Source: a virus (lineage: Duplodnaviria > Caudoviricetes). From it: a stretch of DNA of 25,534 bases. The stretch covers positions 1-25,534 of IMG/VR virus record IMGVR_UViG_3300031965_000329. One strand, 5' to 3'. Position 1 is the first letter of the stretch. The number at the start of each line of letters is the position of its first letter. The notes below the pieces were generated by a model that saw only the letters and a program-made list of their open reading frames with translations, did no database searches and was not told the origin of the DNA. This document shows, piece by piece, positions 8,717 through 17,199 of this stretch. Made by a program: the position numbers and the translations under genes.

Positions 8717-8840
8717 GCACACTGGCTCATGAGGGTAATCCGACCGAAGACGAAATCATAATTACGGCGGGGGACGTTCTCTCGACGGCCCAGCTCGACA
8801 TAGATTTCCAGTTTTTCGGGCCAACCGCGCCGAACGTACC
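7562..8840 (+). repeat. About 120-nt direct repeat (7562-7680 and 8722-8840, offset 1160 nt)
   Basis: 26-nt identical core gcccagctcgacatagatttccagtt at 7628-7653 and 8788-8813; other differences are mostly synonymous. Confidence 0.95.
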
Positions 8841-9585
8841 CGTGGATAATAATAATCCGGCTAGCTATGCAGGCTGTACCTTCACTGAAGAATCTCGCTA
8901 TGAGGAACTGTGTCCGTTAGGGTTACGTGTAATCGACCGTTATGACCTAGGTTCCTACTCTGGCACGGACAAGCTACATGGGTCATTCGTTGGTTGTGGC
9001 GGCGATCCGGCAGGCGGTTTCGTATTCCAGCCAACAACGCCTTTCTTCTCGGTAGACGTGCTCTCAGGCCGGCGCGACTTTACGACGCAGCCGCAAGGGA
9101 GCTTCGCTGGCTTTAGCTTCGTTCAGGGTGTGGTGAATGCCAGTCATCTAGGCGACTTCCTAAGCGCGGCGGTACAGTATGATATCGTTAGTAGCGAGCC
9201 TGTATCAGGATTCTGTTTCTGGGTAGATGATAAATCGACTCCCTGCAACTTCACCGGCATGGTTGCAATCAACGACGTACAGAACGGCTATAGCTATGTA
9301 GGTTATTTCGTCAATGCCGATTTGCATAGTGACTCGCCAACGATTGTAGCGACTGGAACGATATGTCCCACGAATGAGATTCTCAGCTTCTTTACAGATG
9401 TTAGCGCAGGGACGTTCGAACTAAGTAAGGCCAGCGGTCTACTGCTATCAACTAGCTTAGCTGCCGTCGTACCAAGTGTTATCACCAACGATCCTAATTG
9501 GGGCCTGATTTGGCTTCCTAACAATGGCGGTGGCGTGCATCAATCGAAGTTAGGTTATGGCTTTTTGGCGTGGGATATATCGTGA
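8713..9585 (+). CDS. Tail-associated cassette protein B, paralogue of A
   Basis: ATGA coupling; begins MSTLAHEGNPTEDEIIITAGDVLSTAQLDIDFQFFGP; shares GxCxWVxDxST..FTG with A. Confidence 0.7.
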   Translation: MSTLAHEGNPTEDEIIITAGDVLSTAQLDIDFQFFGPTAPNVPVDNNNPASYAGCTFTEESRYEELCPLGLRVIDRYDLGSYSGTDKLHGSFVGCGGDPAGGFVFQPTTPFFSVDVLSGRRDFTTQPQGSFAGFSFVQGVVNASHLGDFLSAAVQYDIVSSEPVSGFCFWVDDKSTPCNFTGMVAINDVQNGYSYVGYFVNADLHSDSPTIVATGTICPTNEILSFFTDVSAGTFELSKASGLLLSTSLAAVVPSVITNDPNWGLIWLPNNGGGVHQSKLGYGFLAWDIS

Positions 9586-9680
9586 GATGCCCCCGTTGCG
9601 GCCACCGAATCGTAGGACGGAAAACTTGAAAGGGTATAACGTGGACCTGTAAGGTCTGCATTCGACAAGTCGAACGATGA
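9582..9680 (+). pseudogene. Micro zinc-ribbon ORF interrupted by an in-frame TGA
   Basis: VRCPRCGHRIVGRKT*KGITWTCKVCIRQVER*; GTGA overlap at the 5' end and ATGA overlap at the 3' end; internal TGA at 9627-9629. Confidence 0.55.
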
Positions 9681-11113
9681 GACTACTCTGGTACAACCTT
9701 CAAGACCCACTTGATCCTCAGGTAAACGGCTTCGCCTTCTACCGGACGGCGGTGGACGGCGTGATCTCGCTCCTGGTCGAGAAGAAGCATATCGGAGGAC
9801 GTTCCAACGCCTTCCCGTCTGTAGAGTTCGCTATCTGCCATCCGTGGGAAGCCGCCGACTGCGGGAACCAAGAACTGGTTCCGGTCTGGGCCAACCCGAC
9901 GCAATATACGATTGGGACAGATTCCGCGCCCACCGCCGCTACGTCTTCGAACACCTGGGAAGTAGACCCTATCGGCCATGGTAACGCCGAGGATACGTAC
10001 CGGGCTACCCAACCGTGGGAAATCGACTTCCTTGGGATTACCCAGGGTCACATTACATGGGCGTTCGCCTCGACGATGGAGGATAACGCTCTGGGCGCCG
10101 AAGTGGAGTTCGACAACGATCCACCCATTGGCAACCATCTCTGCATCAGTCATCAAGAACAGATGTTCACAGCCGGCGATCCTGAAAATCCTCACTACCT
10201 GTACTACAGCAAACGCTTCCGTCCCGAATCCTTCCCGACCGACAATTTCTTAGAGATTGGAACCGCCAATGATCCCGTCACTAGTCTCGTTTCAATTGCA
10301 GGCTTGCTTGGCCTATTTACGCGGGATACTAAATACCGTATCTCAGGAAACGCAAGTTCAGGCTTTACGAACTATGAAGCTATATCTCGACGTGGAACTA
10401 GAGCGGGTAAGTCAGTCGTGGCCTCGGACCAAGGAATCATCTTCGTCGCTAACGACGGAGTCTATACTACCAACCTGATCGGCCCCGACAAGAAGATCAG
10501 CGGTAAGATCGAGTCGATCTTCACGGGGGATACGGTCTCGGACGAAAGTCCGATCAACCAGGACGCCATGGACCAGGTGGCGGGAACTTATTATAAAAGT
10601 AAGTACTACTTCACCTACCCCACTGGAATCTCGACTATCCCCTCTCGAATGGCAGTTTACTCATTTGACACAGAAGACTGGACTATCTACGAACTCGGTG
10701 GTGGCTCGATGATCTATGAGCCGGACACGGATAATTTGGTCTTGGGCAGCGAGGATTCCTTCGTCTACATACTCGAAAAGGGGATATCCGATAATGGGTC
10801 GGCCATCTCTGTCGAGTTCAGGTCTAAGGATTTGCATGGTAGCTCCTACAATACTAATAACTTGTTCCTTTATCTCAAAGCCGATGTGGAAGTTGCCAAC
10901 GGTGCAACACTCAGGATCGAATTCTACGTCGATGATAAACTTGCTCATACGATTACCATAGCAGGCACAGCAACACGAGTCAATAACCTACACTCGCTCC
11001 CCGAAGGCACGTTCGGTAAGCGGTGGCGAGTTCACATGAGCTTTTCCGACGACAAGGGCACCACGGTGCTATACGGAGTAGCTGCGGTTTTCTTACCGTT
11101 AGCTAGCTCTTAG
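9677..11113 (+). CDS. C-terminal part of tail nozzle/stabilisation-type protein (beta-propeller-like)
   Basis: DPQVNGFAFYRT, DNDPP, LYYSKRFRPESFP, ISRRGT, FVANDGVY, and C-terminal FRSKD...GKRWRV. Confidence 0.7.
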   Translation: MRLLWYNLQDPLDPQVNGFAFYRTAVDGVISLLVEKKHIGGRSNAFPSVEFAICHPWEAADCGNQELVPVWANPTQYTIGTDSAPTAATSSNTWEVDPIGHGNAEDTYRATQPWEIDFLGITQGHITWAFASTMEDNALGAEVEFDNDPPIGNHLCISHQEQMFTAGDPENPHYLYYSKRFRPESFPTDNFLEIGTANDPVTSLVSIAGLLGLFTRDTKYRISGNASSGFTNYEAISRRGTRAGKSVVASDQGIIFVANDGVYTTNLIGPDKKISGKIESIFTGDTVSDESPINQDAMDQVAGTYYKSKYYFTYPTGISTIPSRMAVYSFDTEDWTIYELGGGSMIYEPDTDNLVLGSEDSFVYILEKGISDNGSAISVEFRSKDLHGSSYNTNNLFLYLKADVEVANGATLRIEFYVDDKLAHTITIAGTATRVNNLHSLPEGTFGKRWRVHMSFSDDKGTTVLYGVAAVFLPLASS

Positions 11114-11130
11114 GAGTTATAGGTCTCTAA

Positions 11131-12531
11131 ATGGCAAACCAAGGCGTCGGGCCATGGCATATCACCGAGGCCGAACCGTACACGATCAACGACGTGTTCC
11201 GCCAGATCGAGGAGCAGGTCAACCTACTTCGCGGTCTGGGTGCCTCGGTCTCGATCTCCATTGCGCTCCATACTCATGCCGGAGCAAGCTCCGGCGGCGT
11301 GCTCGACCATGGCGCCCTGGGCGGTCTAGCCGATAACGACCATCCACAATATCTTCTAGCCACAGCCGTCACGACCGACGAGGCCGTAGAAGAGGCAACC
11401 GGCCACGACCGCGTTTCCGATCAGGTCATGGTCGGAGACAATTTGACCCTGACCGAGCAAGCGGATGGTTCCGGCGACGCCGTCTTGTTGGACGTGAATA
11501 CGGCCACGGTTATCACCACGGCTAACACAGATTGGGTGGACCTAACCGACAGTGGGGCTACTACGCTCCATAGTCACGGCGGCGCTACCGCCGAGACGGA
11601 TCAAGCTCTCTATGACGCTCAGACTGCGGAGCACATAACCGACGAAGTCTTCGTAGACGACACCCTGATCTTGACCGAGCTGGCGGACGGCTCCGGCGAT
11701 GCAATCCAGCTTGCCGTACAGCCTAATCTTCTGCTCGATGATGCTCAAGCTGTATCAGGCCGTGTCAGCGATCAAGTGATGGTTGGCACCGGATTAACCC
11801 TGACGGAACTAGCCGAGGACTCCGGCGACGCTATCCAGCTTGCCGTTGATTCAACCGTCATCACTACGACGAACGCCGACTGGGTAGACTTAACGGATAG
11901 CGGGGCCACCACCCTACATTCCCATGCAGGCGGCAGCGAAGCATTCGACGTGGGGCTAGCGGAAGTCAACGACTATGGTACGGACGACTGGGAGCGGGTA
12001 TCCGGTGGTCTAGCAGACTTCGGCCTCGCTATCGACTCGACGAGTCGTCCGCACATCCAAGGGCAAAACCGCTTTCGTTATCTCAATTCGATGGTCCATG
12101 CGGAAAAGTCCACCACACAAACCATCAACAACAATACATGGACAGTGGTAACCTTTGACGTTGAAGAGTTCGATACGGACGGCTTGCACGACACTGTTAC
12201 TAATAATAGCCGTTTGACAGCACAGATTACCGGCAAATACATAGTAGCTTGCTGTTTGTCCTTCGCCTCTAATGCTACAGGTATAAGAAAACTAACAATT
12301 GAAAAAGGTAGCGCGGGGGTACAAACAAGTCTAAATATTGTAGGTATGAGTGGTACCTTCGCGACCACACCAGGTTCTGCATTTATGACCGTTGGTGCCG
12401 TGACGGAGCTGGCTGCCGGAGAGTATGTAGAGCTTTTTGGGTTTCAAAACTCCGGTGCCGGTCTTGGTATTGAAGGGGTAGGTACCTGGGGTCACGTAAC
12501 GTTTCTAGCCTTGATATACGTAGGGGAATAA
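11131..12531 (+). CDS. Tail fibre with internal repeats and C1q/TNF-like C-terminal domain
   Basis: DHGALGGLADNDHPQY, HxH motifs, and TWTVVTFDVEEFD...SRLTAQITGKY...LAAGEYVELF. Confidence 0.75.
   Translation: MANQGVGPWHITEAEPYTINDVFRQIEEQVNLLRGLGASVSISIALHTHAGASSGGVLDHGALGGLADNDHPQYLLATAVTTDEAVEEATGHDRVSDQVMVGDNLTLTEQADGSGDAVLLDVNTATVITTANTDWVDLTDSGATTLHSHGGATAETDQALYDAQTAEHITDEVFVDDTLILTELADGSGDAIQLAVQPNLLLDDAQAVSGRVSDQVMVGTGLTLTELAEDSGDAIQLAVDSTVITTTNADWVDLTDSGATTLHSHAGGSEAFDVGLAEVNDYGTDDWERVSGGLADFGLAIDSTSRPHIQGQNRFRYLNSMVHAEKSTTQTINNNTWTVVTFDVEEFDTDGLHDTVTNNSRLTAQITGKYIVACCLSFASNATGIRKLTIEKGSAGVQTSLNIVGMSGTFATTPGSAFMTVGAVTELAAGEYVELFGFQNSGAGLGIEGVGTWGHVTFLALIYVGE
11410..11934 (+). repeat. 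Protein-level tandem repeats in the tail fibre
   Basis: RVSDQVMVG.LTLTE.A.SGDA.L.V...VITT.N.DWVDLTDSGATTLHSH occurs at about 11410-11583 and 11761-11934, with a half copy between them. Confidence 0.85.
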
Positions 12532-12948
12532 ATGAAAAGCTGGATTGTCACTGGGGACTTTGACGGAGAGAAGTTCGCGGCTCGTTATGGGCTAGACGCC
12601 GTTAATGGCGACTTCTCCATGAACGGCAACGTCCTTACAGTGAAACCGGATCATCTAGTTACTGATGACCCGCCGATCTTCGAGCCGCCTGATCTGTTGG
12701 TGCCCGTGCCTGCGGGAATCCAGCTACATCACTGGCCAGAGATGCTAGGGTGGCAAGGTAATCATAAGGTTTTTGCAGACGAGAATGGCGGCGGCCCACA
12801 TCACGAATGTTACTACATCATTGCAGACAACCAGGCAACCTTGGATACGCTCAATGCGTTTCCTAACCTACAAATCGAGATAGGTCAAATGGCATATCTG
12901 AAGAACAAAAAAGGTCTCGTCTTTTGGGACGGGACGAAGTGGAGCTAG
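12532..12948 (+). CDS. Hypothetical protein, possibly a fibre accessory
   Basis: Abuts the fibre stop; GGGG SD; ends FWDGTKWS. Confidence 0.6.
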   Translation: MKSWIVTGDFDGEKFAARYGLDAVNGDFSMNGNVLTVKPDHLVTDDPPIFEPPDLLVPVPAGIQLHHWPEMLGWQGNHKVFADENGGGPHHECYYIIADNQATLDTLNAFPNLQIEIGQMAYLKNKKGLVFWDGTKWS

Positions 12949-13527
12949 ATGCAAGGCCAACACGTAACCCTCTGGATATACAGCCGTGGCGAGGCCGCCC
13001 GCGACCTGCCCTGGCAGCTCTGGCGCATGGTCGAGGATGCCGGCGACTGGCAACGTATCCTGTGGACCAACCCTTGGGTAGACAATCCAACCCGAGTGTC
13101 CCGCTTCGGCGACCTGGTGCACTGGACGGCCTTCATGCACGCCGATGGCGATCCCAAGATGTTCCTGCTTGTGTCGGACAACGAGACGGGCGACATAGCC
13201 GGTTTCATCTGGTTCAATCGGATCGTGGGCGTCGGCGACCGAAGCTCAGCCTACGGCTCGATCTGGATGGCGCCCTTGTACAGGGGTAGGCCCCATGTGC
13301 GCGAGGCGGGCATCCTGGGCTTAAACTGGGCACATTCTGTGATGGGTTGGAAAACGGTCTACACGATCACGCCGTGGCCCGACGTGCGTAATTTCGACAA
13401 GCGGATAGGGTTTCGAGAAGTGGCCTTCGTGCCCAAGCTAGCTGGGCCTGATGTGTGGCTATTGGAGCATGTGGAAGGCCACCCCACCCCCAACCCTACC
13501 CCCAGTACAATGGGAGAAAAGGAATAA
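12949..13527 (+). CDS. GNAT-fold acetyltransferase-like protein
   Basis: IAGFIWF, IWMAPLYRG and FDKRIGFREV; sits just before the ejection genes, as is common in podoviruses. Confidence 0.7.
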   Translation: MQGQHVTLWIYSRGEAARDLPWQLWRMVEDAGDWQRILWTNPWVDNPTRVSRFGDLVHWTAFMHADGDPKMFLLVSDNETGDIAGFIWFNRIVGVGDRSSAYGSIWMAPLYRGRPHVREAGILGLNWAHSVMGWKTVYTITPWPDVRNFDKRIGFREVAFVPKLAGPDVWLLEHVEGHPTPNPTPSTMGEKE

Positions 13528-13531
13528 GAAC

Positions 13532-14086
13532 ATGGGCAAAGGCGGCGGCTCAGTCAAGGTTAAAACCAGCCCCCTCGAAGAAGCCTCGGCGAAGATCGCC
13601 ACGCGGCAGGATAAGAGAGCGCAGATAATGGAGAAGCAGTACCTAGACCCCATCCGGGGACTAGTTACTCCTCAAATACTTCAAGCGCTTGGCACTAACC
13701 CGTTCCAGACCAGTTTGAGCGCAGCTGCACGGGCGCCCCTGGAAAGCCAGTATAACCAGGCCAAATCGGCCTTGATGAACACGGCTACACGGGGCGGCCA
13801 GCTACAATCGCTGCGATCCAGCTTGGAACGCGACCGGGCACAAAGCATCGGCAACGCTGCCAACCAGGCTAGAGAACAAGGGATTGGGCGAGCCCTTCAG
13901 TTTGCCAGTGGAGCCTTGCCAACCCAGTCCGGAGTTACTGGACAAACACAAACGGCTTTGCAAGGACTGTCTTCGGCGAATCAAACAGCCACGCAACGTG
14001 CTTTGGCGGAAGCTCAACAGCAACAGCAGTCCACCTCTGGAAAAGGATCGTTGCTTGGGACCATAGCCAAAGGCGCTTTTAAATAG
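13532..14086 (+). CDS. Putative small ejection/DNA-pilot protein
   Basis: AAGGA SD then MGKGGGS start; Q/A-rich helices; amphipathic C-terminus GSLLGTIAKGAFK. Confidence 0.65.
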   Translation: MGKGGGSVKVKTSPLEEASAKIATRQDKRAQIMEKQYLDPIRGLVTPQILQALGTNPFQTSLSAAARAPLESQYNQAKSALMNTATRGGQLQSLRSSLERDRAQSIGNAANQAREQGIGRALQFASGALPTQSGVTGQTQTALQGLSSANQTATQRALAEAQQQQQSTSGKGSLLGTIAKGAFK

Positions 14087-14106
14087 GTTTATGGAGGCGA
14101 TATAAA

Positions 14107-14346
14107 ATGGCGTTTGATTTTGGAGCGTTTGCAGGTGGGTTGTCTAAGGGTTTACAAGAGGACCCAATCCAAAAACTGTTAAAACAGCAGATGCTAAGGC
14201 AGCCAGCGCCCTTGGCTCCCGGTTACGAGGACCCGTCACGACAAATGTCCGTGGCTGGTCCGGAGGACTTCGCGGCTGGCCAGGCGCCACAACGTGGCAC
14301 TTTTGGTAGCCTGAAAGACTTGATGTTCCGGTTATTCAGTCAATAG
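14107..14346 (+). CDS. Small putative internal virion protein
   Basis: GGAGG SD; N-terminus FDFGAFAGGL is shared with the next gene. Confidence 0.7.
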   Translation: MAFDFGAFAGGLSKGLQEDPIQKLLKQQMLRQPAPLAPGYEDPSRQMSVAGPEDFAAGQAPQRGTFGSLKDLMFRLFSQ

Positions 14347-14355
14347 GAGAACGAT

Positions 14356-15657
14356 ATGGGTAGGTTTGATTTTGGGGCATTCGCTGGCGGTTTGGCTGAA
14401 GGTCTGAGTAGGGGCCAAGAGCTAAAGCTCCGCGCCAACGAGTCCAAGCTGAAGGCCAAGATGCTGGAACATCAGCTTAAGACGCAGGAGTTCGACCAGC
14501 AAGAGAGGGTACGCAAGTCGCAGGAGCAAGCGCAGCAACAGATAGAGCTTGGACGCTACGTGGACATGGCTACTACCGGCATGCCGGGCCAACCACCTGC
14601 ACCGTTACAGCCTGGCGCCGAAGGACCGGAGCCGGAACCAGGGTTTGAAGTACCACGTCGTCCAGCCACCTCGCAAGAGCTGCTAGGGCAAGGCTTGAAG
14701 TCGGTGCCTGCCACCAACCGTGCCAGCCTCATCGGGCAATCATTGAAGCCTCAAGCAGCTATGACTCGGCCCGTCAAGCCCGGCGACTTTGTGCCAGATC
14801 CAAACGATCCTAGCGGCTATCGACAGATTGGAACGCCATCTAAGGCGGGTGAAGAACGTTCATTGACTATAGGAGAAATTCAAAGACTTTACCCAGAACT
14901 ACCACCGGACCGGGCGCAAGTAGTATCCACCCTGCCAGCTAAGGCTCAAGAACGTACCCTGGATAACGTCCGTGCTCAAAGCAGACAAGAACAATCGACT
15001 ACTCGATTTGAGGCACGCGAGGATCGCCAGACTCAACAATTCAGAGAAGCGGAAGATCGTAGGGCTCAACAGTTCCAAGAACGAGAACGGGTTGAGCGAG
15101 AACGTATTCAGCTGCAAGAAGATCGGCTTGCGACTCCACCCTTGTCCGGCAAGGAATCCACCGACCTGACCAAGATTCGCGGGGCGCTTACAGATATTCG
15201 GCGAGCTAGGGATATCCTGAGTGGGGCTAAAGGCAAGTTTACCGGCCCGTTAGATACAAGGGCTCAAGATTTAAAGGGTGCCTTTAACCGAGCCCCCGCT
15301 GAATACAACGAGCTAACCACCATACTTGCTAAGCTGCGTAACCAAGCGCGTCATGAATCGTTTGGTTCTGCATTGACTAATCCGGAAATAAAAGAGTCTT
15401 TACGTGAACTGGTCGAAGAGCGCCAGAGTGATTCTAAGGTCAAGGCGAGAATTCAATTTATAGAGGAGAGGTTTGCACGAGAGGAAGCAGGTTTATCCAA
15501 TCGTGAACAGTTTTGGAAACAGCGAGGTGGTGGTCGTGGGCCGGCGCCAACTCAAGGTAAAACCGGGGGCGCCCCGGTCGGCACAACCAAGAAACTTGGT
15601 GGCAAGACTTTTCGCAAGACTGGCCCTGGTGAACTGGATTGGGACGTGGTGCAATAA
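14356..15657 (+). CDS. Putative ejection (internal virion) protein, coiled-coil
   Basis: AGGAG SD; E/Q/R-rich coiled coils and Pro-rich linkers; gene position. Confidence 0.65.
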   Translation: MGRFDFGAFAGGLAEGLSRGQELKLRANESKLKAKMLEHQLKTQEFDQQERVRKSQEQAQQQIELGRYVDMATTGMPGQPPAPLQPGAEGPEPEPGFEVPRRPATSQELLGQGLKSVPATNRASLIGQSLKPQAAMTRPVKPGDFVPDPNDPSGYRQIGTPSKAGEERSLTIGEIQRLYPELPPDRAQVVSTLPAKAQERTLDNVRAQSRQEQSTTRFEAREDRQTQQFREAEDRRAQQFQERERVERERIQLQEDRLATPPLSGKESTDLTKIRGALTDIRRARDILSGAKGKFTGPLDTRAQDLKGAFNRAPAEYNELTTILAKLRNQARHESFGSALTNPEIKESLRELVEERQSDSKVKARIQFIEERFAREEAGLSNREQFWKQRGGGRGPAPTQGKTGGAPVGTTKKLGGKTFRKTGPGELDWDVVQ

Positions 15658-17198
15658 TGCCTGTATCCCCTGAAATGGCGTCGATCCTCAATGGCGGTAG
15701 CTATGGTGGTGGCGGAACGTTAGACGAGGCGAAGCGCGACCAAGATATTTGGGGTAAAAACAAGGCCAAGATGGACACAGCCGTTAAGCTGGGCATAACG
15801 CCATCCGAGCTAGAACAGCTTAATGCACCGGCCTTGGCCGGCGATGACCAAACTGAAGCTGCTATTGAAGCCGCAGGACGCGCACCGGGTCAAACTCCTA
15901 CACGACCTAAGTCGTTCGGTGACCAGGCTGGTCAGTTTGTAAAAGAGTCTATTGGCCCGGCGGCAGGCGCTTATGGCGGCGCCAAGGCCGGGGCTGCTGT
16001 GGGAACTGCTATATCTCCTGGACTAGGAACGGCTATTGGTGGCATTGGTGGTGGCATACTTGGCGGTATGCTTGGTGAATATGGTACGCAGAAGGCCGGT
16101 ATTAAACCGGAAAGCACCGAAGATATCCTAATGACTGGCGCTACAGAAGCAGCTTTCCCGATAGCTGGCAGGGTCGCGAAAGCTGGCTATGGCTTAGCCA
16201 AGAAGGTTGCACGACATATTCCAGGTGTCCCTATCGCCCTGAAACAACCGTTAATTACTAGAATGCGTGCTTTGGCGGCTAAATTTGGCCCTGAAACGCC
16301 GTCTTCACAGCTATACGACGAGTTAGAAGCAAGTGGTGACGTGTTCATCCCTACGCGACATTCAAGGGAAACTCTTAGCAAACTCGGCAAAAAACAGCCG
16401 GGTCTAGACCCTTCCCTACGCGATGCCAAGATTATGCGTGACGCTAAAGCCGTCGATCAAGTCTATCCGATCACAGGCAAGAGGTTTTCTGAAGCTAGAA
16501 ATGTACTCCGTGAACTGAACGAAGATATCGGTGCAGCCAAAGCCAAGGGTGGCACACGGCTGCATAACCTAACACAACGTCGCCAAGCGTTACTAGCCGA
16601 TATGGAAGCTGCTGCTGAAAACAACCCATTATTGAAGCAGGCCAACAAGAATTTCAAACAAGAATCTGCTGTAAACGAACTAAAATCCATGACGGCAGGG
16701 GCCGTGAAAACTATCGAGAACGCTCCTTTTGTCAAAGGTAAACGATCTCCTGTAGACTTTGACGCCCGTGGCATGTTGGATCAGTTTCGTAAAATCACTA
16801 ATCCGCGCAACCCTCTGGATTACGATCAGCTTTTTGTAGAAGGGTTAGGTTCAAAGAATATCAAAGAAGTCACCGAATATCTAGAAAAACTGAGCGATAT
16901 AGGTAGGGTACGTATGGGTTTATCCGGTGGTGGCTCTCTAGTGGCACAGGGAGCCATAGCCGGCGCCGTTGGCGCGGCGGGTGGCGCATTGGTCGGTGAT
17001 GAAGGTGGCGCGCTGACCGGCGGGTTGCTTGGTGCGGCCAGTCCCGCGATTCTATCTCGTGTTCTGCTCAACCGTTCAGCTCGTGCCTTCTTGTTGCGAA
17101 CTTTAAAGGAGAGTAAAGGAACAGTAACGAATCCCGATGCTCTCATGGCTGCCCTTGGCGCTATAGTGCAAAGAACACCTACCCTATTAGGAGAATAA
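15657..17198 (+). CDS. Putative ejection protein with two glycine-zipper segments
   Basis: TAATG coupling; GAAVGTAISPGLGTAIGGIGGGILGG and GAIAGAVGAAGGALVG. Confidence 0.7.
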   Translation: MPVSPEMASILNGGSYGGGGTLDEAKRDQDIWGKNKAKMDTAVKLGITPSELEQLNAPALAGDDQTEAAIEAAGRAPGQTPTRPKSFGDQAGQFVKESIGPAAGAYGGAKAGAAVGTAISPGLGTAIGGIGGGILGGMLGEYGTQKAGIKPESTEDILMTGATEAAFPIAGRVAKAGYGLAKKVARHIPGVPIALKQPLITRMRALAAKFGPETPSSQLYDELEASGDVFIPTRHSRETLSKLGKKQPGLDPSLRDAKIMRDAKAVDQVYPITGKRFSEARNVLRELNEDIGAAKAKGGTRLHNLTQRRQALLADMEAAAENNPLLKQANKNFKQESAVNELKSMTAGAVKTIENAPFVKGKRSPVDFDARGMLDQFRKITNPRNPLDYDQLFVEGLGSKNIKEVTEYLEKLSDIGRVRMGLSGGGSLVAQGAIAGAVGAAGGALVGDEGGALTGGLLGAASPAILSRVLLNRSARAFLLRTLKESKGTVTNPDALMAALGAIVQRTPTLLGE

Positions 17199-17199
17199 C

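Noticed and set aside
7562-8840. Diversity-generating retroelement TR/VR pair
   Set aside because: Differences are synonymous and not adenine-specific, the repeats are N-terminal, and no reverse transcriptase is in the window.
9627-9629. Genome-wide TGA reassignment
   Set aside because: Many genes end at TGA in ATGA/GTGA overlaps and Trp is encoded by TGG, so code 11 fits.
7558-9676. Self-splicing intron interrupting the tail gene
   Set aside because: The region is almost fully coding with tail-like paralogues. No homing endonuclease, maturase or recognisable intron core is visible.
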